A stretch of DNA of 64,000 nucleotides from a plasmid: the sequence record NZ_LR134454.1; one strand, 5' to 3'. Position numbers and translations under genes: made by a program. Numbering within the stretch: position 1 is the first letter of the stretch; each line of letters opens with the position of its first letter. Below are positions 50,528-59,969 of this stretch, piece by piece. Under the pieces are notes generated by a model, which worked only from the letters and a program-made list of their open reading frames with translations, made no database searches and was not told the DNA's origin.

Positions 50528-51451
50528 ATGCGAAGAAACCGCACCCCGCTCCGTCCCGTCGCCCTCGCCGCGGCCGTGCTCGCCGCCCTCGCCGTGACGC
50601 CCGCGACCGCGGGAGCGGCACCGTCGAACCAGGCCTGCGGGGGCTGGCGCACGACGGTCCTGCGGTCCGGCATGGGCGCCCTCGAGAACCTCGCCTTCGA
50701 CGGCACCGGCACCGTCTACCTGTCCCGGCAGAACGTGCTCACCGGGAAGGGGAGCCTGCTCGCGGGCGCCGCGCCCGGCGCGCTGCGCACCGTCGTCGAC
50801 CTGCCGAACCCCGGCGGGATCGTGGTCCGCGGCGGCGCGGTGCACGTCGCGACGGCGAACAGCGCGCCGTCGGGGCTGCTGGGGAAGCCGGACGGCACGG
50901 TGACCGTCGTGGACCCGGCCACCGGCGCGACCCGCATCGTCGCGTCCGGGCTGACCATGCCCAACGGCCTCGCGCTGCTGCCCGACGGCCGCGCCGTGAC
51001 CAGCACCGTCCTCGGCCCGCGGCAGGGGATCGTCGCGACCGCGCCCGGCGGCGTGCCCGTGCCCTTCGCGCTGCGCGGCGAGCCCGTCAACGGCCTCTGG
51101 TTCGACGGTGCCTCCGGCCGCCTCTGGGCCTCGACGGCCACCACCGCGACCACGCGGCTCTACGCCATCGATCCCGCGCATCCCGACCGGCCGCGCCGCT
51201 ACGAGGTGCCCGGGTTCGGGCCGGGGCACTTCGCCGACGACCTCACCGTGGGGCCCGACGGTGCCGTCTACGCCGCGCTCGACCTGCCGGGGACCGTCGT
51301 GCGGCTCGACCCGGCGACCGGCGCGCAGTGCACGATCGCGACCGGTCACCGCGGCGTGACGTCGGTGCGGTTCGGCCGCGGCCCGGGCTGGGACGGCGCC
51401 GCGCTGTACGCGACGACCCTCACCGGCAAGCTGCTTCGGCTGGCCCGGTAG
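50528..51451 (+). CDS. Secreted SMP-30/gluconolactonase/LRE-like beta-propeller protein
   Basis: Signal peptide MRRNRTPLRPVALAAAVLAALAVTPATAGA. Repeated Gly/Asp-rich propeller blades. Confidence 0.55.
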   Translation: MRRNRTPLRPVALAAAVLAALAVTPATAGAAPSNQACGGWRTTVLRSGMGALENLAFDGTGTVYLSRQNVLTGKGSLLAGAAPGALRTVVDLPNPGGIVVRGGAVHVATANSAPSGLLGKPDGTVTVVDPATGATRIVASGLTMPNGLALLPDGRAVTSTVLGPRQGIVATAPGGVPVPFALRGEPVNGLWFDGASGRLWASTATTATTRLYAIDPAHPDRPRRYEVPGFGPGHFADDLTVGPDGAVYAALDLPGTVVRLDPATGAQCTIATGHRGVTSVRFGRGPGWDGAALYATTLTGKLLRLAR

Positions 51452-51478
51452 CGGCGGCGATCTGACAGACTGGCCCCG

Positions 51479-52642
51479 ATGCAGAAGTTTCGGAACCTCA
51501 CGATCCTGGTGATCGCCGCGGCCGGCGTCGCGGCGTGCGGCCCGTCGAACCCCGACGCCGCGCTGTCCACGACGACCGTGGCGCAGGCCCCGTCGGCGAC
51601 GAGGTCCGCGGCACCGTCGTCGGGCCCGGGACGCCCGGTGACCTGCGCTTCGGACTTCCTCGCGAAGCTCTCGGTGCGGGAGAAGGCCGGGCAGTTGCTC
51701 ATGGTCGGCGTGAAGGACGCGGCCGACGCCCGGCGCGCCGTGCAGCAGGGCGTGGGCGGCGTGTTCATCGGTAGCTGGACCGACAAATCCGTGTTCTCGG
51801 GCGGGACGCTGCAGGGCGTCGCGAAGGCCGGGAAGGTGCCGGCGATGGTCTCCGTCGACGAGGAGGGCGGCCGCGTCTCCCGCGTGCCCGGCGCGAACCT
51901 CGTCTCGGCGCGCGAGCTGGCGCGCACGAAGACCGTCGCGCAGGCGCGAGCCGAGGGCGCGCGCGTCGGCAAGCTGTTGAAGTCGATGGGGATCACCGTG
52001 GACTTCGCCCCCGACGCCGACGTCTCCGCCCAGTCCGACGACTCCGTGATCGGCGACCGCTCGTACTCGAACGACCCGGCCGTGGTCGTGAAGTACTCGC
52101 AGGCCTTCGCCGCGGGCCTGCGCGACGGTGGCGTGTACCCGGTGTTCAAGCACTTCCCGGGGCACGGCAGCTCGTCGGGCGACTCGCACCAGGGCGGGGT
52201 GAGCGTGCCGCCGCTGAACGCCTTGAAGGCCAAGGACCTCGTGCCCTTCCGCGCCGCGGTCGACACCGGCGACGCGGGCGTCATGGTCGGCCACCTGACG
52301 GTGCCCGGCCTCACGGAGCCGGGCCTGCCGACCAGCCTCAGCCCGGCGACGATGCGCCTCCTGCGCGACGGTGCCGGGTACGGCGCGAAGCCCTTCGACG
52401 GGCCGATCTTCACCGATGATCTCTCCGGGATGAAGGCGATCACCGACCGGTTCAGCGTGCCGCAGGCCGTCGCGAAGTCGCTGGAGGCGGGCGCCGACGT
52501 CGCGCTGTGGATCTCCACCGATCAGCTGGGCGCGGCGCTCGACGCCGTGGAGGCCTCGGTGAAGGCGAAGCGCATCACGATGCGGCGCCTCGACGATTCC
52601 GTGCTCCGCGTGGCGCGGGTGAAGCACGCCGTACGCTGCTGA
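51479..52642 (+). CDS. lpqI: Lipoprotein beta-N-acetylhexosaminidase (GH3 family, LpqI/NagZ-like)
   Basis: Lipobox LVIAAAGVAAC. GH3 motifs KHFPGHG and catalytic-region context. Position matches Rv0237. Confidence 0.85.
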   Translation: MQKFRNLTILVIAAAGVAACGPSNPDAALSTTTVAQAPSATRSAAPSSGPGRPVTCASDFLAKLSVREKAGQLLMVGVKDAADARRAVQQGVGGVFIGSWTDKSVFSGGTLQGVAKAGKVPAMVSVDEEGGRVSRVPGANLVSARELARTKTVAQARAEGARVGKLLKSMGITVDFAPDADVSAQSDDSVIGDRSYSNDPAVVVKYSQAFAAGLRDGGVYPVFKHFPGHGSSSGDSHQGGVSVPPLNALKAKDLVPFRAAVDTGDAGVMVGHLTVPGLTEPGLPTSLSPATMRLLRDGAGYGAKPFDGPIFTDDLSGMKAITDRFSVPQAVAKSLEAGADVALWISTDQLGAALDAVEASVKAKRITMRRLDDSVLRVARVKHAVRC

Positions 52643-52721
52643 TTCCGAACGGATTTCACCGGAACTTACTTGCGAGTAACCTCGTGGGCTAGGATCTGAC
52701 TCGAGAGTAAGGAGGACGCCG

Positions 52722-53318
52722 ATGGCCGGTGGGACGAAGCGTTTGCCGCGCGCGGTACGCGAGCAGCAGATGCTGGACGCCGCCATCAAGGTGTTCTCGC
52801 GCAACGGCTTCTACGAGACGTCGATGGACGCGGTGGCCCGTGAGGCGCAGATCAGCAAGCCGATGCTGTACCTGTACTACGGGTCCAAGGACGAACTCTT
52901 CGCCGCGTGCGTCACGCGCGAGGCGGGCAAGTTCATGCGCAGCATCGAGTTCGACGCCAGCCCCACGCTGCCGCCGTCGCAGCGCCTGCGCTCGGTGATC
53001 GCCGGCTTCCTCAAGTACGTCGACCAGAACCGCGACGCCTGGCGCGTGATGTACCGCGAGACCACCGGCCAGGCCGCCTTCGCCGCGCTCTCCGAGAACA
53101 GCCGCGAGCGGGTCGTCGAGATGACCGCGGTGCTGCTCCGCGAGGCCGCCAAGTACGCGCCGGAGGACACGGATTTCGAGCTCTACGCCGTCGCCCTCGT
53201 CGGCTCCGGCGAGGCGATCGCGGACCGTCTGGCCACCGGCAAGGTCGAGCTCGACCGCGCCGTCGAGATCATGACCTCGTTCCTCTGGGGCGGCATCCGC
53301 GGCGAACGCCCGGAGTGA
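52722..53318 (+). CDS. TetR-family transcriptional regulator (Rv0238-like)
   Basis: HTH LDAAIKVFSRNGFYETSMDAVAREAQISKPMLYLYY. Confidence 0.85.
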   Translation: MAGGTKRLPRAVREQQMLDAAIKVFSRNGFYETSMDAVAREAQISKPMLYLYYGSKDELFAACVTREAGKFMRSIEFDASPTLPPSQRLRSVIAGFLKYVDQNRDAWRVMYRETTGQAAFAALSENSRERVVEMTAVLLREAAKYAPEDTDFELYAVALVGSGEAIADRLATGKVELDRAVEIMTSFLWGGIRGERPE

Positions 53319-53319
53319 G

Positions 53320-53883
53320 TCAGTCGGACAGTTCTTGCCACCACCGGCCGGAGAGGTGCGTGACCCTGGTCCGAGCCGCGTCGGTCGGGGTCGCGCCGTC
53401 GGGGTGGTAGGCCAGGCGCGTGGTACTGATCGACGGGCCGGCGATGTGGAACCGCACGACACTGTCGGTCTTGTACGCCGAGTAGACCTGCTGAGTTCCG
53501 ATCTTCCGTGATTCGTAGTCGACGACGTCCGCCCGCGGGTCGGCGAGCATCTGCTCGGCGACGGCCCGCAACCGGGGTTCGTCGTAGTTCCACCGGGCCT
53601 CGGGCACCGCGTTCGTCACGCCCAGCCCGATCGCGATCGCCCCGATCAGCGGAATGATCAGCAACCGCCACGCGAACCGGCGGATCGTGCGCGCCCAGGC
53701 CACCAGGTACACCAGCCAGCCCAGGAACAGAACCACACCGCCGAGGAGCGACAGCACGCCCAGGCCGGGGTCGCCGGGGAAGGTGCCTGCCCAGAGGAGC
53801 GCCGCGGCGTCGAGGACGAGAAAGACCGCCAGTCCGTACCCGAAGTGGGTCCAATTGCGCTGCGCCTCACGATCTGCCGTCAT
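53320..53883 (-). CDS. Hypothetical membrane protein (187 aa, 3-4 TM)
   Basis: ORF with TM segments LAVFLVLDAAALLWAG, VLSLLGGVVLFLGWLVYLVAWA and LLIIPLIGAIAIGLGV. Confidence 0.4.
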   Translation of the reverse strand: MTADREAQRNWTHFGYGLAVFLVLDAAALLWAGTFPGDPGLGVLSLLGGVVLFLGWLVYLVAWARTIRRFAWRLLIIPLIGAIAIGLGVTNAVPEARWNYDEPRLRAVAEQMLADPRADVVDYESRKIGTQQVYSAYKTDSVVRFHIAGPSISTTRLAYHPDGATPTDAARTRVTHLSGRWWQELSD

Positions 53884-53895
53884 GCATCGACACTA

Positions 53896-53972
53896 CGAGA
53901 TGCTGCATGGCCCGAGCGCGGGAATGTCGACGCCGCTGCGTCCAGTGACGGGTATGCGTTCCGCGCATCGCT
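53896..53972 (+). repeat. Copy C (degenerate) of the ~85-bp palindrome-pair element
   Basis: The second palindrome is intact (GGGTATGCGttccgCGCATCGCT, 53950-53972). The first site is degraded (GAGATGCTGCATGGCCCG). Confidence 0.35.
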
Positions 53973-54025
53973 CTTCTGAACGACTACTGCACCCCCGCGG
54001 CCCGCGCGCCCGCACCCGGAGACGA

Positions 54026-54060
54026 CGGTGCCCGCCGCGGCCGAAGCCGGGCGGGCACCG
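54026..54060. terminator. Hairpin downstream of htdX (minus strand)
   Basis: cggtgcccgcc-N13-ggcgggcaccg, a perfect 11-bp stem. Confidence 0.5.
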
Positions 54061-54073
54061 TCGGAGAACAGGG

Positions 54074-54964
54074 CTACAACGGCGTGACGGTGGCCGTCAC
54101 GTGCGGGAAGCCCTTCTTGAGGTCCTTCGCGACGATCTCGGTACCGCCGGTCGCCTCGTCGCGCGAGACGTACAGGCCGATCTTCGCCGGCAGGATCACC
54201 GGGCGGCCGAAGCGCACGTGGTGCACGACCGCGTCGGGGATGTGGCCCTCGACGACGCGCAGCATCGCCGCGGCCGTCCACGCGCCGTGCGCGATCGAGG
54301 ACGGGAAGCCGAACGCCTTGCCGCCGATCGGCGACATGTGGATCGGGTTCCGGTCGCCGCTGACGCCGGCGTAGCGGCGGATCAGGCCGCCGTCGGCCGA
54401 GAGCAGCGCGTCGGGGGCGCCGGGGCGGCCCTCCTTCGGCGCGGGCCCCGACGGCTCGCCGGACAGGGACGTCCGCTGCTGGATCAGCATCGTCGACACC
54501 TCGGAGGCCACCGACGCGCCGGACGCGTCCGTGAACTCGGTGGTGAAGTCGATGAGCATGCCCTTGCGGTGCTCGCGGAGGTTGCCCACCGAGGTGCGCA
54601 GCGTGAGCTTCTCGCCCGGCTCGACCCGGCGGCGCCGCGTGATCGTGTTCTCCACGTGCACCGACCCCACCGCCGCGGCGGGGAAGTCGTCGGCGAGGAA
54701 CAGGTCCATGATCAGCGGGAAGGAGAGCACGTAGAGGTACATCACGGGTACCTCGCCGGTGTTCTTGAGCCCGACGACCTCGCAGTACTCGCCGACCCGC
54801 ACGGGATCCACGTCGACGGCGAGCTCGACGGTCCGGTCCGGCAGCGGGGTCTCCGGCTTGAGCGGGCCCTGCTTGCCGATCACGGGCAGGATGCCGCGCA
54901 GCCCGCGCGTGAGCACGGACAGGCTCGACGGCGGCGCCTGCAGGACGGTGGTCTTGGCGGCCAT
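54074..54964 (-). CDS. htdX: 3-hydroxyacyl-thioester dehydratase, MaoC/double-hotdog type (HtdX-like)
   Basis: 296 aa double-hotdog protein with the C-terminal MaoC motif GDRNPIHMSPIGGKAFGFPSSIAHG. Synteny with fabG4. Confidence 0.75.
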   Translation of the reverse strand: MAAKTTVLQAPPSSLSVLTRGLRGILPVIGKQGPLKPETPLPDRTVELAVDVDPVRVGEYCEVVGLKNTGEVPVMYLYVLSFPLIMDLFLADDFPAAAVGSVHVENTITRRRRVEPGEKLTLRTSVGNLREHRKGMLIDFTTEFTDASGASVASEVSTMLIQQRTSLSGEPSGPAPKEGRPGAPDALLSADGGLIRRYAGVSGDRNPIHMSPIGGKAFGFPSSIAHGAWTAAAMLRVVEGHIPDAVVHHVRFGRPVILPAKIGLYVSRDEATGGTEIVAKDLKKGFPHVTATVTPL

Positions 54965-54966
54965 GA

Positions 54967-56325
54967 TCAGGCCCCCAGCAGGCTCTGACCGCAGACGCGC
55001 ACGACGTTGCCGGTCACCGCGGCCGAGGACGGCGCGGCGAAGTAGGAGATGGTCTCCGCGACGTCGACGGTCTGGCCGCCCTGCTGCAGCGAGTTCATGA
55101 GGCGGCCGGCCTGGCGGGTGGCCAGCGGGATCGCGGCGGTCATGGCGGTCTCGATGAAGCCGGGCGCCACGGCGTTGATGGTGATGTTCTTCTTCGCCAG
55201 GACCGGGGTGTAGGCGTCGACGATGCCGATGACGCCGGCCTTGGTCGCGCCGTAGTTGGTCTGGCCGCGGTTGCCCGCGATGCCGGCGATCGACGAGACG
55301 TCGACGACGGCGCCGCCCTCGTTCAGGGCGTCCTCGGCGAGCAGGGCGTCGACCAGCTGCTTCGGCGCCTTGAGGTTGACGGCCATGACCGAGTTCCAGC
55401 GACCCTCGTCCATGTTGGCGAGCAGCTTGTCGCGGGTGATACCGGCGTTGTTGACGATGATGTCGAGGCCGCTGTGGCGCGACTTCACCAGTTCGGCGAT
55501 CTTCTTGCCCGCGTCCTCTGCGGTCACGTCGAGGGGCAGCGCGGTGCCGCCGACCTTGTTCGCGACGGCGGACAGGGCCTCGCCGGCGGCGGGGATGTCG
55601 GCGGCGATGACATGGGCGCCGTCGCGCGAGAGGACCTCGGCGATGGTGGCGCCGATGCCGCGGGCGGCGCCGGTGACCAGCGCGACCTTGCCGGCGAGCG
55701 GCTTGTCCCAATCGGCGGGCGCGGCGGCGTCCTTGTCGGTGATGCGGATGACCTGCGCGTCGACGTAGGCCGACTTGCCCGACAGGAGGAAGCGCAGCGT
55801 CGAGGCCAGGCCCGAGGCGCCGGTGGCGGCGTCCGGGTGCACGTAGACGAGCTGCGCGGTGGCGCCGTCGCGGAGCTCCTTGGCGACGGAGCGGGTGAAG
55901 CCCTCGAGGGCGCGCTGGACGATGTGCTCGTCGAGGTCCTCGATCAGCTCGGGCGTGGTGCCGAGCACCACGACGCGGGCGCTGTTGCCCAGCGTGCGCA
56001 TCTGCGGGCCGAAGAACTCGTAGAGGCCGACGAGCTCGTCGATCGACGTGATGCCGGTGGCGTCGAAGACCGCGCCGCCCAGCTTCTCGGCGCCGCGGGC
56101 GCCGCCGTTGTTGACGACGAGGTCGTAGTCCGCGAGCAGCTCGCGCACGGGCTCGACGAGGCGGCCCTTGCCGCCGAGGAGGACGGGGCCGGCGAGCGCG
56201 GGCTTGCCGGCCTGGTAGCGGCGCAGGACCGGCGGCTGCGGCAGGCCGAGTCGGCTGGCCAGGAAGGAGCCGGGGCCCGACTTCACGAAGGCCGCGTAGA
56301 AGTCCGTGCTGGGTGCATCAGGCAT
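54967..56325 (-). CDS. fabG4: 3-oxoacyl-ACP/CoA reductase, high-molecular-weight two-domain FabG (FabG4-like)
   Basis: 452 aa. C-terminal [23 protein letters not shown] and YGATKAG. The N-terminal pseudo-SDR flavodoxin-like half is typical of FabG4. Confidence 0.85.
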   Translation of the reverse strand: MPDAPSTDFYAAFVKSGPGSFLASRLGLPQPPVLRRYQAGKPALAGPVLLGGKGRLVEPVRELLADYDLVVNNGGARGAEKLGGAVFDATGITSIDELVGLYEFFGPQMRTLGNSARVVVLGTTPELIEDLDEHIVQRALEGFTRSVAKELRDGATAQLVYVHPDAATGASGLASTLRFLLSGKSAYVDAQVIRITDKDAAAPADWDKPLAGKVALVTGAARGIGATIAEVLSRDGAHVIAADIPAAGEALSAVANKVGGTALPLDVTAEDAGKKIAELVKSRHSGLDIIVNNAGITRDKLLANMDEGRWNSVMAVNLKAPKQLVDALLAEDALNEGGAVVDVSSIAGIAGNRGQTNYGATKAGVIGIVDAYTPVLAKKNITINAVAPGFIETAMTAAIPLATRQAGRLMNSLQQGGQTVDVAETISYFAAPSSAAVTGNVVRVCGQSLLGA

Positions 56326-56430
56326 GTGAGGTACCTCATCCGTGTGGGGTTCCGATAGGCTATCGACAAGCAACTTACTCCAGAGTAAGAATACTCGGTA
56401 GTAGCAACCCTCGATCACTGGGAGAAACCC

Positions 56431-57714
56431 GTGGCAAACATCGAAACCCGTCCGGTCGCCATCCTCGGCGGCAACCGGATCCCCTTCGCGCGTTCGGACC
56501 GTGCGTACGCGAAGGCCAGCAACCAGGACATGTTCACCGCCGCCCTCAATGGTCTCGTGAGCCGCTTCAACCTGCAGGGCGAGCAGCTGGGCGCCGTGGT
56601 CGGTGGCGCCGTGCTCAAGCACAGCCGCGACTTCAACCTGATCCGCGAGTCGGTGCTCGGCAGCCCGCTCAGCCCCTACACCCCTGCTTTCGACGTGCAG
56701 CAGGCCTGCGCCACCGGCCTGCAGGCGATCAACGCCGCGGCCCAGGGCATCCAGCTCGGCCGCTACGAGGCGGCCATCGGCGGCGGCGTCGACACCACCT
56801 CCGACGCGCCGATCGGCGTCTCCGAGGGCATGCGCAAGGTGATGCTCGAGCTCAACCGCGCGTCGAGCACCGTCGACCGCCTCAAGCTGGTCGGCAAGCT
56901 CCCGGCCAACCTGGGCATCGACATCCCGCGCAACGGCGAGCCCCGCACCGGCATGTCGATGGGCGAGCACGCCGCCATCACCGCCAAGGAGATGGGCGTC
57001 TCCCGCGCCGAGCAGGACGAGCTGGCCTACCTCAGTCACACCAACATGGCGGCGGCCTACGACCGCGGCTTCTTCGAGGACCTGATCACCCCGTACCTGG
57101 GCCTGACCCGCGACGACAACCTGCGCCCGGGCAGCTCCGTCGAGAAGCTCGCCACGCTCAAGCCCGTCTTCGGCGTCTCGCTGGGCGACGCGACGATGAC
57201 GGCCGGCAACTCGACGCCGCTTACCGACGGCGCGTCGACGGTGCTGCTGTCCTCCGACGAGTGGGCGGCCGAGCGCGGCCTGCCCGTGCTCGCGTACCTC
57301 AAGGACGTGGAGTACTCGGCCGTGGACTACGTCGGCGGCAAGGACGGCCTGCTCATGGCGCCGACGTACGCCGTGCCGAAGCTGCTGGCCCGCAACGGCC
57401 TCACGCTGCAGGACTTCGACTTCTACGAGATCCACGAGGCCTTCGCCTCCGTCGTGCTCGCGACGCTGCAGGCCTGGGAGTCGCCCGAGTACTGCAAGGA
57501 CCGCCTGGGCCTGGACAAGCCGCTCGGCTCGATCGACCGCAGCAAGCTCAACGTCAACGGCTCGTCGCTGGCGGCGGGCCACCCGTTCGCCGCGACCGGC
57601 GGCCGCATCGTGGCCTCCGCCGCGAAGCAGATCAAGGAGAACGGCGGCGGTCGCGCGCTGATCTCGATCTGCGCCGCCGGTGGTCAGGGCATCACCGCCA
57701 TCATCGAGGGCTGA
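56431..57714 (+). CDS. fadA2: Acetyl-CoA C-acyltransferase (thiolase I)
   Basis: Thiolase active-site Cys region ([12 protein letters not shown]), C-terminal [17 protein letters not shown] and CAAGGQG. Synteny with fabG4. Confidence 0.85.
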   Translation: MANIETRPVAILGGNRIPFARSDRAYAKASNQDMFTAALNGLVSRFNLQGEQLGAVVGGAVLKHSRDFNLIRESVLGSPLSPYTPAFDVQQACATGLQAINAAAQGIQLGRYEAAIGGGVDTTSDAPIGVSEGMRKVMLELNRASSTVDRLKLVGKLPANLGIDIPRNGEPRTGMSMGEHAAITAKEMGVSRAEQDELAYLSHTNMAAAYDRGFFEDLITPYLGLTRDDNLRPGSSVEKLATLKPVFGVSLGDATMTAGNSTPLTDGASTVLLSSDEWAAERGLPVLAYLKDVEYSAVDYVGGKDGLLMAPTYAVPKLLARNGLTLQDFDFYEIHEAFASVVLATLQAWESPEYCKDRLGLDKPLGSIDRSKLNVNGSSLAAGHPFAATGGRIVASAAKQIKENGGGRALISICAAGGQGITAIIEG

Positions 57715-57716
57715 TG

Positions 57717-57738
57717 CCCCGGGGCGCGCGCCCCGAGG
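57717..57738. terminator. GC palindrome directly after the fadA2 stop
   Basis: ccccggggcgcgcgccccgagg. Confidence 0.35.
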
Positions 57739-57775
57739 ACTGATGCTGCCGGCCCCGGCCGCCTAAGCTGGTGTC

Positions 57776-58198
57776 ATGACCGCGACGGACGATCTGATCG
57801 AGAGGATCCTGCGCGACTACGACACCATCACGGTGGTCGGGGCCAGCGTCGATCCGGCGAAGGCGGCCCACGACGTGCCCGCCTACATGCAGCACCGCGG
57901 ATGGCGCATCATCCCGGTGAACCCGCACGCCGACGAGATACTCGGCGAGCCGGTGTACCGCACCCTGGCCGACGTCCCGGAACAAGTCGGCCTGGTCGAC
58001 GTCTTCCGGCCCGCCGAGTTCACGCCCGACATCGCCCGGCAGGCCGTCGCCGCCGGGGCGACGGCGCTGTGGCTGCAGCTGGGCATCCGCTCGGCCGAGG
58101 CGCGCGAGATCGCCGAGTCCGCCGGGCTGCTCTACGTCGAGGACCGCTGCCTCATCATCGAACAGCGCCGCACGCAGATCTCCAGGAGGAGCGCATGA
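57776..58198 (+). CDS. CoA-binding domain protein (YccU/YneT-like)
   Basis: ITVVGASVDPAKAAHDVPAYMQHRGWRIIPVNP is characteristic of the CoA-binding Rossmann family; 140 aa. Confidence 0.75.
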   Translation: MTATDDLIERILRDYDTITVVGASVDPAKAAHDVPAYMQHRGWRIIPVNPHADEILGEPVYRTLADVPEQVGLVDVFRPAEFTPDIARQAVAAGATALWLQLGIRSAEAREIAESAGLLYVEDRCLIIEQRRTQISRRSA

Positions 58199-58695
58199 CC
58201 TTCGGCATCGTCGTCGTCGCCGTGGTCGCGGTCGTGGCCGTCCTCATGCTGATCGGCGTCGTGTGGTTCCTCCGCGACTCCAACAAGCGGATCAAGGACT
58301 TCGCCAACTCCGGCGATCTGATCCCCGGCCGTCCCGGCCGCGCGCCCGCCGAGTGGGCGAACGCCACCTCCACCGAGGCGCTCCTGCACCAGCGCACCCG
58401 CTACGCCATCGCCGACGTGCACCGCGGCGCCTTCGCCCCAGCCGTCCCGCCGCCCGCGGATTCCGCGATCAACGGCTCGGAGTCCGACCTCGCCGCCCTC
58501 GACGACGCCGTCTTCGCCCTCGACGACCGCATCATCGCCGCCGCGCAGCTCTCGGGCGAGGAGCGCACGAAAGCCCTGGGCGAGCTGGAACCCAAGGTCG
58601 CGGCTCTGGAAGGCCTCACCGGGAAGCTCTGGGATGCCCCGTCGGCCCAGCGCCGCCCCCTCATCGACGGCGTGACCGCTACGCTCCTCCGCTGA
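58195..58695 (+). CDS. Hypothetical N-terminally membrane-anchored protein (166 aa)
   Basis: MTFGIVVVAVVAVVAVLMLIGVVWFL TM anchor. RBS aggagga. ATGA overlap with the upstream gene. Confidence 0.45.
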   Translation: MTFGIVVVAVVAVVAVLMLIGVVWFLRDSNKRIKDFANSGDLIPGRPGRAPAEWANATSTEALLHQRTRYAIADVHRGAFAPAVPPPADSAINGSESDLAALDDAVFALDDRIIAAAQLSGEERTKALGELEPKVAALEGLTGKLWDAPSAQRRPLIDGVTATLLR

Positions 58696-58732
58696 GCTCG
58701 TCGCCCGCGCGGGGCGGGGTGTTGCTCGGAGC

Positions 58733-58815
58733 AGTTATGCGTCCCACGCATACCCCCGAACCCCGCAGCTAGACGCTGTCTTCTTCGGGCCGGGCCATGC
58801 GTCTGGCGCATACCC
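58733..58815 (-). repeat. Copy B of the ~85-bp palindrome-pair element, inverted relative to copy A
   Basis: TATGCGtcccaCGCATACCCCC at 58733-58755 and CATGCGtctggCGCATACCC at 58793-58815, again 60 bp apart. The reverse complement aligns with copy A along its length. Confidence 0.5.
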
Positions 58816-58871
58816 TCGTCCTCCAGCCTGACGGTCCGCCGCCCGCCACGGCGATCTGGCCCGCCCCCATA

Positions 58872-59894
58872 TCAGCGCCCGATGACCTCCGCCGCCCGCG
58901 GGCGACTCACGGCCGCGCGGAACCGCTCCACCCCGACGTGCAGCCCCCACGACAGCACGATGGTGATCGCGGTGGTCACCACGACGATGGGCCACGTGGA
59001 ACCGGTGAACAGCGACCAGCCGAACAGGTCCAACACCACGAACTCCATGACAATCACGTGGAGGAGGAAGAACTCGTAGCTGATGGAGCCGAGCCACACC
59101 ATCGGCCTCGAACCCAGCACGCGCGACGGCCCGGTCGCGAACGCGGCCACCAGCAGCCCGCCGATCAGCGCCTCCAGCAGGAACTTCGTCACCCCCTGCG
59201 CCGGGGTCGGCAGCCGGAGGTCGATCGGCCCGGCGACCGGGGTCAGCAGCACGCCGTAGGCGACCGCCGCGGCGAGCAGCAGAGGCCACCGCGGCAGCCG
59301 CACCCGGTCGACCAGCAGCGCCACCGCCATGCCCGCGGCGAACGCGGCGGCGAACCCGGGCGGCCACGACCGCGCCGTCTTCCCGAAGACCTCCGTCGCG
59401 GTCACCAGCACCAGCCAGCCCACGGACAGGGCGACCATCGCCGCCGGCACCGTCCACGCCCGGCGGGCGCGCAGCAGCCACAGCCCCAGGAGTGGAAGTG
59501 CCAGGTAGAAGGCGACTTCCACGCACATGCTCCACATCTGCGTCAGGCCCGTGTGCACGTGACCGACGCCGTAGATCTGCGTGAAACTCAGGTGCCGGAG
59601 GTAGTCGCCCCACCCGTGCCCGTGCGGCGAACCGTCGGGACGCCAGAGGTAGATGACGTACACGACGGTGACCACCGCCCAGTACGCGGGCAGGATCCGC
59701 CACGCCCGCGAGACGGCGTACCGCCGCACGTCCGGAGGCGTGCCCCCGGCCCGTGCGCGGATCCACGGCCGCACCAGCAGGAACCCCGACAGCGCGAAGA
59801 ACACGGGCACCGCGGTCTCGAGCCGCGCGTAGGCGGCGCCGAGCGCATCCGGGGTGAAGTCACCGCCCCAGAACGCGGCGTGCGTGACGCACAC
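58872..59894 (-). CDS. Acyltransferase family 3 membrane protein with an anomalous N-terminus (no start codon before the conserved motif)
   Basis: From the GTG at 59894 the product begins CVTHAAF... The conserved AT3 N-terminal motif (HVPALTGLRALAAFG) is encoded in frame immediately upstream and abuts the TGA stop of yhgE, with no ATG/GTG/TTG in between. Confidence 0.6.
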   Translation of the reverse strand: MCVTHAAFWGGDFTPDALGAAYARLETAVPVFFALSGFLLVRPWIRARAGGTPPDVRRYAVSRAWRILPAYWAVVTVVYVIYLWRPDGSPHGHGWGDYLRHLSFTQIYGVGHVHTGLTQMWSMCVEVAFYLALPLLGLWLLRARRAWTVPAAMVALSVGWLVLVTATEVFGKTARSWPPGFAAAFAAGMAVALLVDRVRLPRWPLLLAAAVAYGVLLTPVAGPIDLRLPTPAQGVTKFLLEALIGGLLVAAFATGPSRVLGSRPMVWLGSISYEFFLLHVIVMEFVVLDLFGWSLFTGSTWPIVVVTTAITIVLSWGLHVGVERFRAAVSRPRAAEVIGR

Positions 59895-59969
59895 CCCGAA
59901 CGCGGCCAGCGCCCGCAGGCCCGTGAGGGCGGGGACGTGGCCGGAGCGCGAAGCGGGTGCGATGGTGCC

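Noticed and set aside
54074-57582. Minus-strand ORFs of 545 aa (54074-55711) and 871 aa (54967-57582) from the six-frame track.
   Set aside because: Their N-terminal parts are off-frame read-through across neighbouring genes. The region is resolved into htdX (54074-54964) and fabG4 (54967-56325), each with its own start, and the plus-strand fadA2.
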